Below, one piece after another: positions 20,901 through 29,868 of a DNA stretch of 56,356 nucleotides; position 1 is the stretch's first letter; every line of letters begins with the position of its first letter. The DNA is from a virus (taxonomy: Duplodnaviria; Caudoviricetes), in the IMG/VR virus record IMGVR_UViG_3300046534_001186, positions 1 through 56,356 of that record. The stretch is one strand, 5' to 3'. The position numbers and the translations under genes are program-made. The notes beneath the pieces were generated by a model that searched no databases, was not told the origin of the DNA, and was given only the letters and a program-made list of their open reading frames with translations.

Positions 20901-21023
20901 CTAAATCCAAGCAATATCTATGTGTGAAACAACCCAGAGAAGCCCCTCAATAATAAGCCACCCACCAATCGCACATATAATGCCAAAAAATAGTAGAAAT
21001 CCCTCAAAATTGAAATTGAACAT
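20901..21023 (-). CDS. 40-aa single-TM peptide (not in ORF track)
   Basis: MFNFNFEGFLLFFGIICAIGGWLIIEGLLWVVSHIDIAWI; AT-rich; directly upstream of the endolysin. Confidence 0.55.
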   Translation of the reverse strand: MFNFNFEGFLLFFGIICAIGGWLIIEGLLWVVSHIDIAWI

Positions 21024-21076
21024 TCTTTCTTTCTTGCCTCGTTAATAGTGCGAGGCCTTTCGACCCCGCGGTTAGA

Positions 21077-21115
21077 TTACTTACCGTACCCTGTGCCTTT
21101 GCCTTTGCGTGGCAT
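21077..21115 (-). CDS. 12-aa basic micro-peptide MPRKGKGTGYGK
   Basis: TAAGGAG Shine-Dalgarno 8 nt before the ATG. Confidence 0.4.
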   Translation of the reverse strand: MPRKGKGTGYGK

Positions 21116-21159
21116 AGTTGTAGCTCCTTAGCGGGGCGACTCGGGGGCGCGCCTGTACC

Positions 21160-21390
21160 CTACTTCTCGTCTTCTCGGCCCATCTGGAGGAACCGGTTGC
21201 AGCTGTCGATGGCTTCGCATACGTCCTGGTTGCGGTCTTTGACGCCACGGCCTCCCGCCGCTAGTAGCTTCTTAACTGCGTGGGCGAGACACGGGTCCGT
21301 CACTTCGTACAACGACAGCACTCGGTATACGTCAAGTATCTCTAGGTGCCCAACGTCTTTGTAATAATGAGCATGCGGATCAGCAGGCAT
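21160..21390 (-). CDS. Conserved small phage protein (DUF3310-like)
   Basis: HYYKD..DVYRVL..HAVKKLL.AG.RG.KD..D..EA; start reassigned to MPADPH. Confidence 0.65.
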   Translation of the reverse strand: MPADPHAHYYKDVGHLEILDVYRVLSLYEVTDPCLAHAVKKLLAAGGRGVKDRNQDVCEAIDSCNRFLQMGREDEK

Positions 21391-21400
21391 GGTACATCTC

Positions 21401-23842
21401 CTATCTAGGGGGTTGAGCGGATTGGTCCATAAACACCTCGCCGCCGGGGGTGTAGCCTTGGGCTTTCTCATACGAAACTTTGACTAGTGTGGGGTCCTTC
21501 ATGTTCAGCGCGAGGTGGTCGGCGGACACGTACAGTCGGGTCTTGCCCCCCTCTGCTTTCACGGAGCTGGACGTGCGGCCTCCGACTAGGGCTGGGTGAG
21601 GGATGTACCCCAGCGACTCCAGCATAGGTTTGACGCTAATGGTACTGATCGGCATGCGCCTCATGTCGAGCAGGTCTCTTAGCTTCATTGAGGAGACCCA
21701 CCCTCCCATGAAACCCGGTAGCTCTGACTCGATAGCCTCGACGATCTCTTTCTCTTGGTTGGTCTTGCTGATCTCTATGGCCTCGGCGGTGCTCGACGTA
21801 GCCGGCGCTTGAGATAAAGTGGCGGGGTTAAACTCCGAGGGGATCTCGAACCGGTGCAGCCAGTGGTTCATGATCTCGAACCCCTGCTCCTCGTTGAGCC
21901 ACCGGTGCAGCTGAGCCCAGTACGCGTTGTCCATGCCCCACTTGACCAAGTCGTTCTTAGTCTGCTGAGCGGTGTAGAAAATACAGTAGCGGCGACTGTC
22001 GGCTGTCTGAGGCACGTCTGACTTGTCGTTGCACATCATTAGCCAATTAGCCGGATTGTCCACCATCTGCTGGTCTTGGCCCTTAGCTTGGACTTCGACG
22101 CGCTTGTTAGTAATCAGGGGCTTGATCGTGTTGAGCAGTCCGCCTCCGCCGACCTTGCGCTCCATGTGCATCTCTTCCGCTCGGATAAACAAATTGCCTA
22201 CCAGCCAACTGTTAAACTTCCCGCCACTAGCGGCGAGCTGACCGGCGTCCGGCCTATGTGTGTACTTCTCACCCACTCCAAATTCGATCACATCGGCGAC
22301 CGTGCTCTTGCCGTTGCCCTCGCCTCCCTGCAGAACTACGCAGTACTGAAACTTGTGACCGGGGTACTGGACGAACGCCGCCATGTACGACATGACTATC
22401 GCGCGGTCTCTTGGCTCGGGCAGCATCTTTTCCAGCAAGTGGATTAGCGGGGAGGGGTCACCTGGGACCTGCGCGTTTGAGATGGGGGAGTACGTGTTGA
22501 TGTAGCTGCGGCCCTCCCGTTGGAAGATCTCTCTGCCAGCGAGCTGGGGGCGAAACGCCCTGTCGTCTACTTTAGGAAAGTCCCATGCATTGGAATTTGT
22601 GAACACCACCCACGCATCTTTAGAAGTCTTTCGCGCCTGTGCGTCTAACTCGAACATGCGGTTTCCGTACTTGGCGTTGAACCTCGGACGGTCTAAGAAG
22701 TCGCCGTTGGGTGTCAGTATCTTATTAATCGAGACTATGTACACGCACCCCTTAAAGAACTCGACCTGCTCCTCGATGCTGAGGTAGGGGCTACCGGTCA
22801 TTGCCACAGGCACCATGCTCATGGAGAAGCTGGGGGCTTCTACCGGTCCTGAGGGCAGCGGTGGTGCGGTGCCAGGGTCGGGGGTGTCAGGGTTAGTCGT
22901 GGGAGGGGTGGGCTTGCCATTAGAGTTGTAGAATTGAGTCTGTCTGGACGCCGCGACTTGGATAGTCCTCGGGATGTAGTAGCCTTCTCGGTTGTCCCAC
23001 TTCTCTCTGCGTAGCGCGGAGGTATACATGATCCGCCGCATGCGCTCCATGTCATTGCCGGTCCAGAACGCAAGGTGCTGGGCCATCGAGGCGTCGGCTG
23101 AGCTGCGGTCGTAGGTGTCTCCCGACACACTAGGGAACGCGTGGGTTAGCTTGGACTCGTTGCCCTCGAATAGGTCACGAAAAGTGGCTTTAGTTCCGAA
23201 CACACTTCCCGCGCTGTTGGTGCCCATGGCTTTGCCGACTAAGATGTCGTCGTCTTGGGGGCCGTGCCAGTCTTCGTGAGGTCCCTCGGACCACTCTCCG
23301 ATGTCGTCGTGATTGCTAGGGGGAAAGTACTGGCCGACAATGAAGGGCAGCGTGGCCGTGCAGTCGTGCCGCACATCGCCTTGAGCCTGAGACCCAGTCA
23401 GCATCACGAACCTGCCCTCGGTATAAAGCTCGAGGTGCTCTGAGATGTTCTTGCACCCGTGATCTATCTGCTGTTTGTTCGTACCGATTATGTGCAAGCC
23501 TTGGCCCGACTGCGACACCTCTACCGCCGCGCCTTCCATAGACCTCATCAAGTGAAGGGCTACCTCAGTGGGCTGGCCTGTCTCAGTGAAGCACCCATCG
23601 AGATCCAAAAAGAAGAAGGGGTCGTCTGGGGTGAAAACAAAACCCAGTTTTATCGTGTCAGTCAGCAGGGGCTGCAGCTCGTCAAAGGTCGCCCGAGTGC
23701 TGGGGTCTTGCACGTTGCCCATTGTCATTGTTCGGTAATCGAGCGGGAGCTTGACCGTCTTGCCGTCACGGGAGGCAAGCTGGCAGACAATAAATTGCCT
23801 GTAGCTCCCCAGACCGACTAGTGCTCTGGGTAGGTGTTGCAT
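21401..23842 (-). CDS. Primase-polymerase fused to SF3 helicase (NrS-1-like; DUF5906)
   Basis: AEP motifs FFFLDLD, EVSQSGQGLH, ELY..GRF; DRSSAD helical-bundle domain; Walker A GGEGNGKS; DSRRY. Confidence 0.85.
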   Translation of the reverse strand: MQHLPRALVGLGSYRQFIVCQLASRDGKTVKLPLDYRTMTMGNVQDPSTRATFDELQPLLTDTIKLGFVFTPDDPFFFLDLDGCFTETGQPTEVALHLMRSMEGAAVEVSQSGQGLHIIGTNKQQIDHGCKNISEHLELYTEGRFVMLTGSQAQGDVRHDCTATLPFIVGQYFPPSNHDDIGEWSEGPHEDWHGPQDDDILVGKAMGTNSAGSVFGTKATFRDLFEGNESKLTHAFPSVSGDTYDRSSADASMAQHLAFWTGNDMERMRRIMYTSALRREKWDNREGYYIPRTIQVAASRQTQFYNSNGKPTPPTTNPDTPDPGTAPPLPSGPVEAPSFSMSMVPVAMTGSPYLSIEEQVEFFKGCVYIVSINKILTPNGDFLDRPRFNAKYGNRMFELDAQARKTSKDAWVVFTNSNAWDFPKVDDRAFRPQLAGREIFQREGRSYINTYSPISNAQVPGDPSPLIHLLEKMLPEPRDRAIVMSYMAAFVQYPGHKFQYCVVLQGGEGNGKSTVADVIEFGVGEKYTHRPDAGQLAASGGKFNSWLVGNLFIRAEEMHMERKVGGGGLLNTIKPLITNKRVEVQAKGQDQQMVDNPANWLMMCNDKSDVPQTADSRRYCIFYTAQQTKNDLVKWGMDNAYWAQLHRWLNEEQGFEIMNHWLHRFEIPSEFNPATLSQAPATSSTAEAIEISKTNQEKEIVEAIESELPGFMGGWVSSMKLRDLLDMRRMPISTISVKPMLESLGYIPHPALVGGRTSSSVKAEGGKTRLYVSADHLALNMKDPTLVKVSYEKAQGYTPGGEVFMDQSAQPPR

Positions 23843-23845
23843 TGA

Positions 23846-24160
23846 TTATCCTGTTATGCCAGCTATGTGCTCAGCGGCCAGAAGTATGTCTCCTGGGGCC
23901 ATCATCTTCTTGTATTCTTTGAATGACACCATCAGCGCTAGGGCCTCAGCGTCTTGCCGGCGCATGGCACGCATGACGAGAGCGGTGCGAAGGCCCTCCA
24001 TGGTGCCGTAGTGCACGTTAATAGATCCAGTGGCGCAGTCAGCTTTAAGAGCGATCAGACTTCGAGTCGTCTGCTCGAGCCCTTTGTCCTTCATGACAGC
24101 TGTCGCGGCTTCTAGTATCCGGAGCTTTAACTGCTCGGGGAGTAGGGGTCTGTGTGGCAT
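23846..24160 (-). CDS. TetR-like HTH regulator
   Basis: RILEAA..VM..KGLE.TT...IA..A.CATGSI..HYGT.EGL; start reassigned to MPHRP. Confidence 0.75.
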   Translation of the reverse strand: MPHRPLLPEQLKLRILEAATAVMKDKGLEQTTRSLIALKADCATGSINVHYGTMEGLRTALVMRAMRRQDAEALALMVSFKEYKKMMAPGDILLAAEHIAGITG

Positions 24161-24249
24161 TGCGGTTTCCTCGTTGATTGAATAATCACCAGCCCCTCCC
24201 CACTTGCGAAAGCGGGAGTTGGGTTGCACCCAAGCCGATGTAGCGGAAG

Positions 24250-24279
24250 AGTGTAGTGCATGTCTGACAGGATCGTCAA
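24250..24279 (-). promoter_or_regulatory. Sigma70-like promoter with overlapping TGAC-N6-GTCA palindrome
   Basis: TTGACG-N18-TACACT; TGACgatcctGTCA. Confidence 0.6.
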
Positions 24280-24753
24280 CTAAAGAGTGCCGACGGAGTT
24301 TGCAAAACCCCCGTCTCCGCCCAGTGACAGCACCAGCTCAAGGAACTTAGCCTGCGCAGCTTCGCGATCGGTGCCCGCGTAGGACCACCCGCCGCGCTTG
24401 ACCTCTCGGGCTACGAACTGCCCTATGGTGCTGCCGACCATCGCCTGTGTGATCTTCACTGGGCGCAGGCCGATGAGGTCGGAGGACTTGATCCTTCTGT
24501 TCATCTTCTGGCTGTCGTTAGCTAGTCCGAACCGAATCGGATTCCCCTTATCGTCAAAGGCTAGCCCCACATTGTTACGCCACAGCACCATGCCTTTGTC
24601 CGCAGCCTCAACTCTGATCTGCGCTTGTACCGCAGCCTCAGGACCCTTGGCGGTGCTGGTATCGGTGAGGGTGCCTCTTATCAGCATCTGCCTAAGCTCA
24701 AGCATGCCCACCTCTGGCACGCCCCAGCGGTGCATCCACTCCTCGATAGTCAA
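24280..24753 (-). CDS. VRR-NUC domain nuclease
   Basis: EAAVQ..I..LWRNNVG..SSDLIG..FVAREVK..Q..F...V...GG. Confidence 0.85.
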   Translation of the reverse strand: MTIEEWMHRWGVPEVGMLELRQMLIRGTLTDTSTAKGPEAAVQAQIRVEAADKGMVLWRNNVGLAFDDKGNPIRFGLANDSQKMNRRIKSSDLIGLRPVKITQAMVGSTIGQFVAREVKRGGWSYAGTDREAAQAKFLELVLSLGGDGGFANSVGTL

Positions 24754-24977
24754 GGGAGCACCATGAACACGACGAGCACATTGATCACTAGCGATAACAT
24801 CAACATGAGCGCGAACTCGTCTCTTGTTTTTCTTAGCTTAAGCACGGCGTCCCTTCGATCTAAAAGCTCTCTCTCGCATTGCTGGACCATGCCTTCCATC
24901 TCCATGTCTCTATCTTCGAAGGGCATTAGCTCTCTTCGGGATAGCACACGTCTCACTCGTTGCTCTACATTATTCAA
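24750..24977 (-). CDS. Hypothetical protein with C-terminal TM segment
   Basis: Overlapping start/stop coupling; hydrophobic tail. Confidence 0.6.
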   Translation of the reverse strand: MNNVEQRVRRVLSRRELMPFEDRDMEMEGMVQQCERELLDRRDAVLKLRKTRDEFALMLMLSLVINVLVVFMVLP

Positions 24978-25339
24978 GATCCTTGCTCCTTTGCTGGTTG
25001 TTGGGCTTCAAGGGCTTTTCGGGCTAGTGCGCGAGCCACCCCAATGTCTAAAGTTTCGGATATATCCACTAGAATCTCTCTGATTACGATCACGCTATCA
25101 GCAGACTCAAGCTCGACTAGGCGCTGCTCTAATGCCTCTACCTTGTGTTCTGTTTTTATAATGTCTTCTTGAAGCGGGTTATTTACTGCTGCCCAGTAAT
25201 TAGCAAACCAGCCAGTCATTAATGCTGGGTCTATATCTTCTATCTTCCAGTTGTTTTCTTTCATTGCTTCATCAAAGGCAAGCGCCCAGTCTCTAGCGTT
25301 TGCGCTTCTTGTTTTTGTTAACTTCTCTAATATGCTCAA
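24974..25339 (-). CDS. Hypothetical cassette protein
   Basis: Ends in PAKEQGS; AT-rich. Confidence 0.65.
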   Translation of the reverse strand: MSILEKLTKTRSANARDWALAFDEAMKENNWKIEDIDPALMTGWFANYWAAVNNPLQEDIIKTEHKVEALEQRLVELESADSVIVIREILVDISETLDIGVARALARKALEAQQPAKEQGS

Positions 25340-25662
25340 GATCCTTGCTCCTTTGTTGGCAGCTCTAAAGTCTGCTCATCATCGTTTGGCCTAATTCCCA
25401 TAGGCTCTAAATTGATTGCCATGCGTTTTAATATGTTAGCAATCACGCAGTCGGGCGCAACATCGTCACCCCAGTCATCCCCATCGATGCTGAGAGCGTT
25501 CATTAGATAGCCAAGGCCATCGCTGATAGTCTCGCAAGCATCATCATAGGTGGGCTGATCTCTAAGCAGTTTTAGCTTTCCTTGAAGCTCGGCTATCTGC
25601 TTATCAAGCCCGCGTATGTGGTCCTCTAGCTTTTTCTCACGTACTTCATCAAAACAACTCAC
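25336..25662 (-). CDS. Hypothetical cassette protein
   Basis: Ends in PTKEQGS. Confidence 0.65.
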   Translation of the reverse strand: MSCFDEVREKKLEDHIRGLDKQIAELQGKLKLLRDQPTYDDACETISDGLGYLMNALSIDGDDWGDDVAPDCVIANILKRMAINLEPMGIRPNDDEQTLELPTKEQGS

Positions 25663-25994
25663 GATCTTTGCCCCTTTGCTGGCTGGGGGAAAGCGTACGT
25701 GGCCGCATGAAGCGCGGCGTCCACGGCTATGTATCGCGAAGGTATCCCCTTCTCCTCACAAAAGCGGGCCTCAAGGCGCTCCACGAAGGACACGAGCAGA
25801 GACTGCGATTGGAACGTGATCCTGTGGTGCTCGACGTAGTTGCCTATGTGCTTAAGCTCTAATTCGAGCGTGTCACAATTCGGGCGGCGTACTACGTGCG
25901 CGCGGGCGGTGTACATGGGTACTCCGTTAAGTTTTACCGTGCAGCTCGCGAACGATAGCGCGGCAGCAGTTATGAACGTGCGTCTATTTATCAT
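25659..25994 (-). CDS. Hypothetical cassette protein
   Basis: Ends in PAKGQRS; N-terminus resembles a Tat/lipoprotein signal (NRRTFI..ASC). Confidence 0.55.
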   Translation of the reverse strand: MINRRTFITAAALSFASCTVKLNGVPMYTARAHVVRRPNCDTLELELKHIGNYVEHHRITFQSQSLLVSFVERLEARFCEEKGIPSRYIAVDAALHAATYAFPQPAKGQRS

Positions 25995-26170
25995 GTGTCC
26001 TCCGGGTTAACCATGCCTAGTGACTTTCTCTTATCGGCAATCATCATGTTTAAGAATTTAATCTGCAGATCCCACGTACCGCGATCATGCCGGTCCGCTG
26101 ATCGCTCTTTTTGTAGGATAGCGTTGGCCCGCCTGGACTCAAGCTCCGGCAGCGTGTCGTTAAGTGCCAT
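25991..26170 (-). CDS. Hypothetical protein
   Basis: Start MALNDT follows an AAAGGAGCAAG junction motif. Confidence 0.6.
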   Translation of the reverse strand: MALNDTLPELESRRANAILQKERSADRHDRGTWDLQIKFLNMMIADKRKSLGMVNPEDT

Positions 26171-26573
26171 CGTCTTGCTCCTTTGGTTGTTGTTGCTGGC
26201 AAAGAAGGTCGGCAAGTTTTATTGCCATACCTTCACTAGGGACCTTAATTACCAAGTCGCCTTCCTTCAATTGATCTAAAGGCCCTGCAATAGCGGGTGA
26301 AACTTTTTCGCCTATAACTCCAGCCTTTGGAGCCTTGCTAATGAATACCGCAGGCTGGCCTTCGTAAAGTCCCGTGTCTACGATTAGCTCCCCTTTACCT
26401 ATCTCGATTACATGGTTCATCTGTCCTTGCTCCTTTGGTGGTTGATGACGCTTCTTCCAATTCTCTTTTTCTTGTTCGGTTTTCGCTTCATGGAAGATAG
26501 AGTCATACCCGTTTAGGAAAACCCATGTGTCGCAAACCACTAGCGCAGATAGTAGTATGCAAAATCCGATCAC
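26160..26573 (-). CDS. Hypothetical protein, probably two cassettes fused in frame
   Basis: Internal junction motif PPKEQGQ with RBS and ATG at 26420. Confidence 0.55.
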   Translation of the reverse strand: MIGFCILLSALVVCDTWVFLNGYDSIFHEAKTEQEKENWKKRHQPPKEQGQMNHVIEIGKGELIVDTGLYEGQPAVFISKAPKAGVIGEKVSPAIAGPLDQLKEGDLVIKVPSEGMAIKLADLLCQQQQPKEQDDGT

Positions 26574-27154
26574 GAGCCTTGCCCCTTTGCTGGCAGCTTT
26601 GAGAGGGCTTGCTTGAGTTCGCCAAATAACTTTGTCGCGCCGTCAGGGTCTGCGTAAACAGACTCGCCTTTGTCCAATACCGCCAGCAGGGATTCAGCGC
26701 ACTCTCGGCTAATGGACACGCTATCTTTAGCGCAAAAACCGCAATTGTTGGCGTCCTCAAAATCATGCCCTTTTACTTGGCAGAACACTTTGCTATCGCT
26801 GGATGAGGCCATGCGGTCAAGCCTCTCTCTTTCGCTACTAAGCATCTTCCCTGCTACTCCGTTACATACTATGTGATCGTTGCGATCGGCGCCCGTGGTG
26901 CTCTTAGCGATAGCATCCTGAATTCTTATTGCAGCTAGTCGGTAGCGGCCTGTTAGAAATTCCCCTTCTAGCTCAGTAACTTTCTCTGCTATTAGACCGA
27001 GGAACAGGGTTGCGTCTGTTTCCGTTATAACCACCCCTTCCAGCGGCACAGCGGTAAGTGGCCTCATCGCCTCGTCGCACGCGCAATCTGGCTTCGGTAT
27101 CTGGTACTTAGTGCACCAAAGGTTCGTGTCGTCTTTGCAGCTGTGGTTACTCAT
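26570..27154 (-). CDS. Hypothetical Cys-rich mosaic protein
   Basis: Cys clusters; ends in PAKGQGS. Confidence 0.6.
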   Translation of the reverse strand: MSNHSCKDDTNLWCTKYQIPKPDCACDEAMRPLTAVPLEGVVITETDATLFLGLIAEKVTELEGEFLTGRYRLAAIRIQDAIAKSTTGADRNDHIVCNGVAGKMLSSERERLDRMASSSDSKVFCQVKGHDFEDANNCGFCAKDSVSISRECAESLLAVLDKGESVYADPDGATKLFGELKQALSKLPAKGQGS

Positions 27155-27160
27155 AGCTTC

Positions 27161-27337
27161 TTACCTCAGTTTCCGTGAATGTTTGCACGACGCGCACATG
27201 CGCTCGTGTCGCTCTTTAAGTGTGCCGGTCTCGCACAGGGGGCAGTTCCGCGAGGGGATCTGGTCGAACAGCTCCGCGAACTGAGCGCGGGATAGTTGGT
27301 CGAGCGTGCCTGTGGGCTTGTCGTCGGGTCCAGTCAC
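27161..27337 (-). CDS. 58-aa Zn-ribbon protein (not in ORF track)
   Basis: CPLC..CASC; GTG start overlaps the helicase stop. Confidence 0.5.
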   Translation of the reverse strand: MTGPDDKPTGTLDQLSRAQFAELFDQIPSRNCPLCETGTLKERHERMCASCKHSRKLR

Positions 27338-28989
27338 TAGAATCCTCCTATGTCTCGGTTAATACGGTCAGCCAGAATAGCCGCGTCCGCTTTGCTTAAG
27401 GTCTGGGCAGAGATCACATCGATCCCAAACTTGTGATAGAAGCGTCGCTGCGCCTCTCGATCGTCGTAGCCGGACAGGTTCGCCGTGGCGCCCCACCAGC
27501 TCATCGAAGTCCTGAGCACTCGCTGCATGTTGCCTCGAGCTGTGAACATCTTGCGCACGTTGCCAGCCACTGCTGGGGGTGAGCCCGAGGCGAGCATCCG
27601 CTTCTCCATAACGTCTGGAGGCGTGTCGATCTTGGCGATCTCCCCTCTGAGCTGAGCAAGTATCTCGGGAGATATCTCGAACACGTCGCCGTCCACGAAC
27701 TCAGGCTGGCCTCTCTCGTCAGGCTTAGGGTAGTTGCCGCAGTACGGGCACTTGACTAGCACCCGATGGTATGGCTGGGTGCACTCCTCACAGTAGCGGA
27801 GGGGGATCGAATCCTCGTCCTCTGACATGCGGGGGTTCTTCTCTTTAGCATCAAGACTCCAGATCCGAGGGGCGTCCGGCAGCTTGTGCCGCACCACGTT
27901 ACCCACGTGATCGATAATGACTGCGAACAATTTGCCCTCAAGTATCCGCAGGGCTCTGCCGAATTGTTGGCAGTACAGGCCGTAGCTCTCGGTCGGCCTA
28001 GCGAAGATCACGCACTCTATGCCCGGGCAGTCGAACCCCTCGCCCAGCAGGTCCACGTTGATAACTATCTTTATGTCGCCGCGCTCAAACTTATCGAGCA
28101 CATCGGCTCGGGCCTCGTTGCTGCTCTCTGAACTTACGACCGCTGCATCGAACCCTGCCGCCGTGTACTTCATCCGCATGTTGGCGGCGGTCTCTAGATC
28201 CGTGGCGAAGACCACCGTGCGCTTGCCGTTACAAAACTTGCGGTAGCTCTCGACCACATCTCCCACGATCATCGAGTTCTTAGAAGCAGCCTTGAGCTTG
28301 GCGGGAGAGTAATCTCCCCCTGCCGACACATCATCCTCGGTGAGAGGCATGTACGTGAGGGGGGCATAGATCTTGTACTCGCAGAGATACCCGCGCCGTA
28401 TCAGCTCGCGCATTGTAGGGCCTTCGACTAACGCGTCGTACACCCCGTGCGTGTCCCGCCCTAGCCCTTTGCCATCTGCTCGGCATGGCGTGGCTGTGAC
28501 CCCGAGCCCCTTGGAGTTAGGGAACAGCGCGGCAACTTTGCCCCACTTATTATCCTCAAGCAGGTGGTGGCCCTCGTCTATTATCCACAGCCCGATCTGG
28601 TGTCTGAACCTCTCTACCTCAGTGCTGCGCCCTGGGGCTCGCAGCGTGTCTACACTGGCCACGATGGTGCGAGCGTTGGAGCTAACCATGTGGGTGCCGA
28701 GCTTTAACCTCTGCCTGCTGATGCAGTACTTGATCATAGCAGGAGGGCCGAAGACTTGGTGCGGGACGCCGTCCGCCGCTAGGGCCATAGCTATCTGCCC
28801 CACTAATTCTTTACGGTGCGCGATACATATAGTGTTCCCTTGGTCCCACGCTTTAGTGATGCCGGACATGACCACAGTCTTACCGCCGCCTGTTGGCGCC
28901 ACTGCACATACGTTCTGAGCACCCCGATCCCACTCCGTGTGGATGCCGTTGTGGAGGTTCTGTTGGTAGTCTCTGTACTTCATTTTCAT
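27337..28989 (-). CDS. SF2 DExH helicase (RadD/YejH-like) with Zn finger
   Basis: APTGGGKT, IIDEGHH, TATP, EGFD.P, Q..GRALR, CEEC..CPYC. Confidence 0.92.
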   Translation of the reverse strand: MKMKYRDYQQNLHNGIHTEWDRGAQNVCAVAPTGGGKTVVMSGITKAWDQGNTICIAHRKELVGQIAMALAADGVPHQVFGPPAMIKYCISRQRLKLGTHMVSSNARTIVASVDTLRAPGRSTEVERFRHQIGLWIIDEGHHLLEDNKWGKVAALFPNSKGLGVTATPCRADGKGLGRDTHGVYDALVEGPTMRELIRRGYLCEYKIYAPLTYMPLTEDDVSAGGDYSPAKLKAASKNSMIVGDVVESYRKFCNGKRTVVFATDLETAANMRMKYTAAGFDAAVVSSESSNEARADVLDKFERGDIKIVINVDLLGEGFDCPGIECVIFARPTESYGLYCQQFGRALRILEGKLFAVIIDHVGNVVRHKLPDAPRIWSLDAKEKNPRMSEDEDSIPLRYCEECTQPYHRVLVKCPYCGNYPKPDERGQPEFVDGDVFEISPEILAQLRGEIAKIDTPPDVMEKRMLASGSPPAVAGNVRKMFTARGNMQRVLRTSMSWWGATANLSGYDDREAQRRFYHKFGIDVISAQTLSKADAAILADRINRDIGGF

Positions 28990-28996
28990 CTCATGT

Positions 28997-29039
28997 TTGA
29001 CCGGACCGCCATTCTGGATTACTATGGCGCTCCGGTCAA
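28997..29039. promoter_or_regulatory. Overlapping face-to-face sigma70 promoters forming an inverted repeat
   Basis: Plus strand TTGACC-N17-TACTAT; minus strand TTGACC-N17-CAGAAT; lies between divergent operons. Confidence 0.7.
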
Positions 29040-29064
29040 TAATTAATTAATTAGGAGCTACACA

Positions 29065-29868
29065 ATGCAAGCGAACATAACTATTAATCTTAGCGACGAG
29101 GACACCAATAACGGCATGACTGTCAATGACGCCGTTAGCAAACTGTTCCCCTCAACGCCTTCACCGACCAAGGTAGCCGTAACGGGATTGCCCGCAGCAG
29201 CTGCTGACCCCTACCCTGCTGTCGCGGACGCGGTGCGCAATCAGCTTCCTGCCTCCGATGATCTCGGAGCAGAGGACACCTCCCCCGAGGAGGGAGCGGA
29301 GACCACTTTAGCGCAGGACGTGGCCACCGCCGAGCAAGCGATGGGCACGACTCTAGAGCTAGACTCCGAGCGTGTGCCATGGAGTGCTAAAATCCACAGT
29401 AGCAACCGAAAGATGTACGCTAGCGGTCCTAACAAGGGCAGATGGATATGGAAGAAAGGCTCGGACGAAGCTGAGCGCGAAGCAATCGCTACGGAGCTGG
29501 CGGCACAGGTGGCCAGCGCTGCGCCCACTACACCCTTGGCTGAGGGTAACGCCAGCACCGCTCAAACTGCTCCCGCCGGAACCGTTCCCCCTGCGTTGGG
29601 GTACACCCCTCCAGGTGGACAAGCCGCAGCTGGCACCACTCCCCCCGGACTGGGTGCGACTACTGTCACGCCGCCTGTGGACGGGGCTTTGCCGGGGAAT
29701 TGGCCTGACTTCTTAAAGTCACTGGCCCCTGCGGGTAAGACATACGCAGACGTCGATGGGTTCTTGCCTCAGTTCGGCATGACATCGGTGTCCGAACTGT
29801 CTGAGGACACCCAGAAGCTAGCGCGAGATCAAATCGCAACCGCTCTTGGCCTAAGGTCGCAAGCCTGA
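29065..29868 (+). CDS. Hypothetical replication-module protein
   Basis: AGGAG RBS; LD...PW...IHSS..K..G.W..KKG motif; Pro/Ala-rich linkers. Confidence 0.7.
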   Translation: MQANITINLSDEDTNNGMTVNDAVSKLFPSTPSPTKVAVTGLPAAAADPYPAVADAVRNQLPASDDLGAEDTSPEEGAETTLAQDVATAEQAMGTTLELDSERVPWSAKIHSSNRKMYASGPNKGRWIWKKGSDEAEREAIATELAAQVASAAPTTPLAEGNASTAQTAPAGTVPPALGYTPPGGQAAAGTTPPGLGATTVTPPVDGALPGNWPDFLKSLAPAGKTYADVDGFLPQFGMTSVSELSEDTQKLARDQIATALGLRSQA

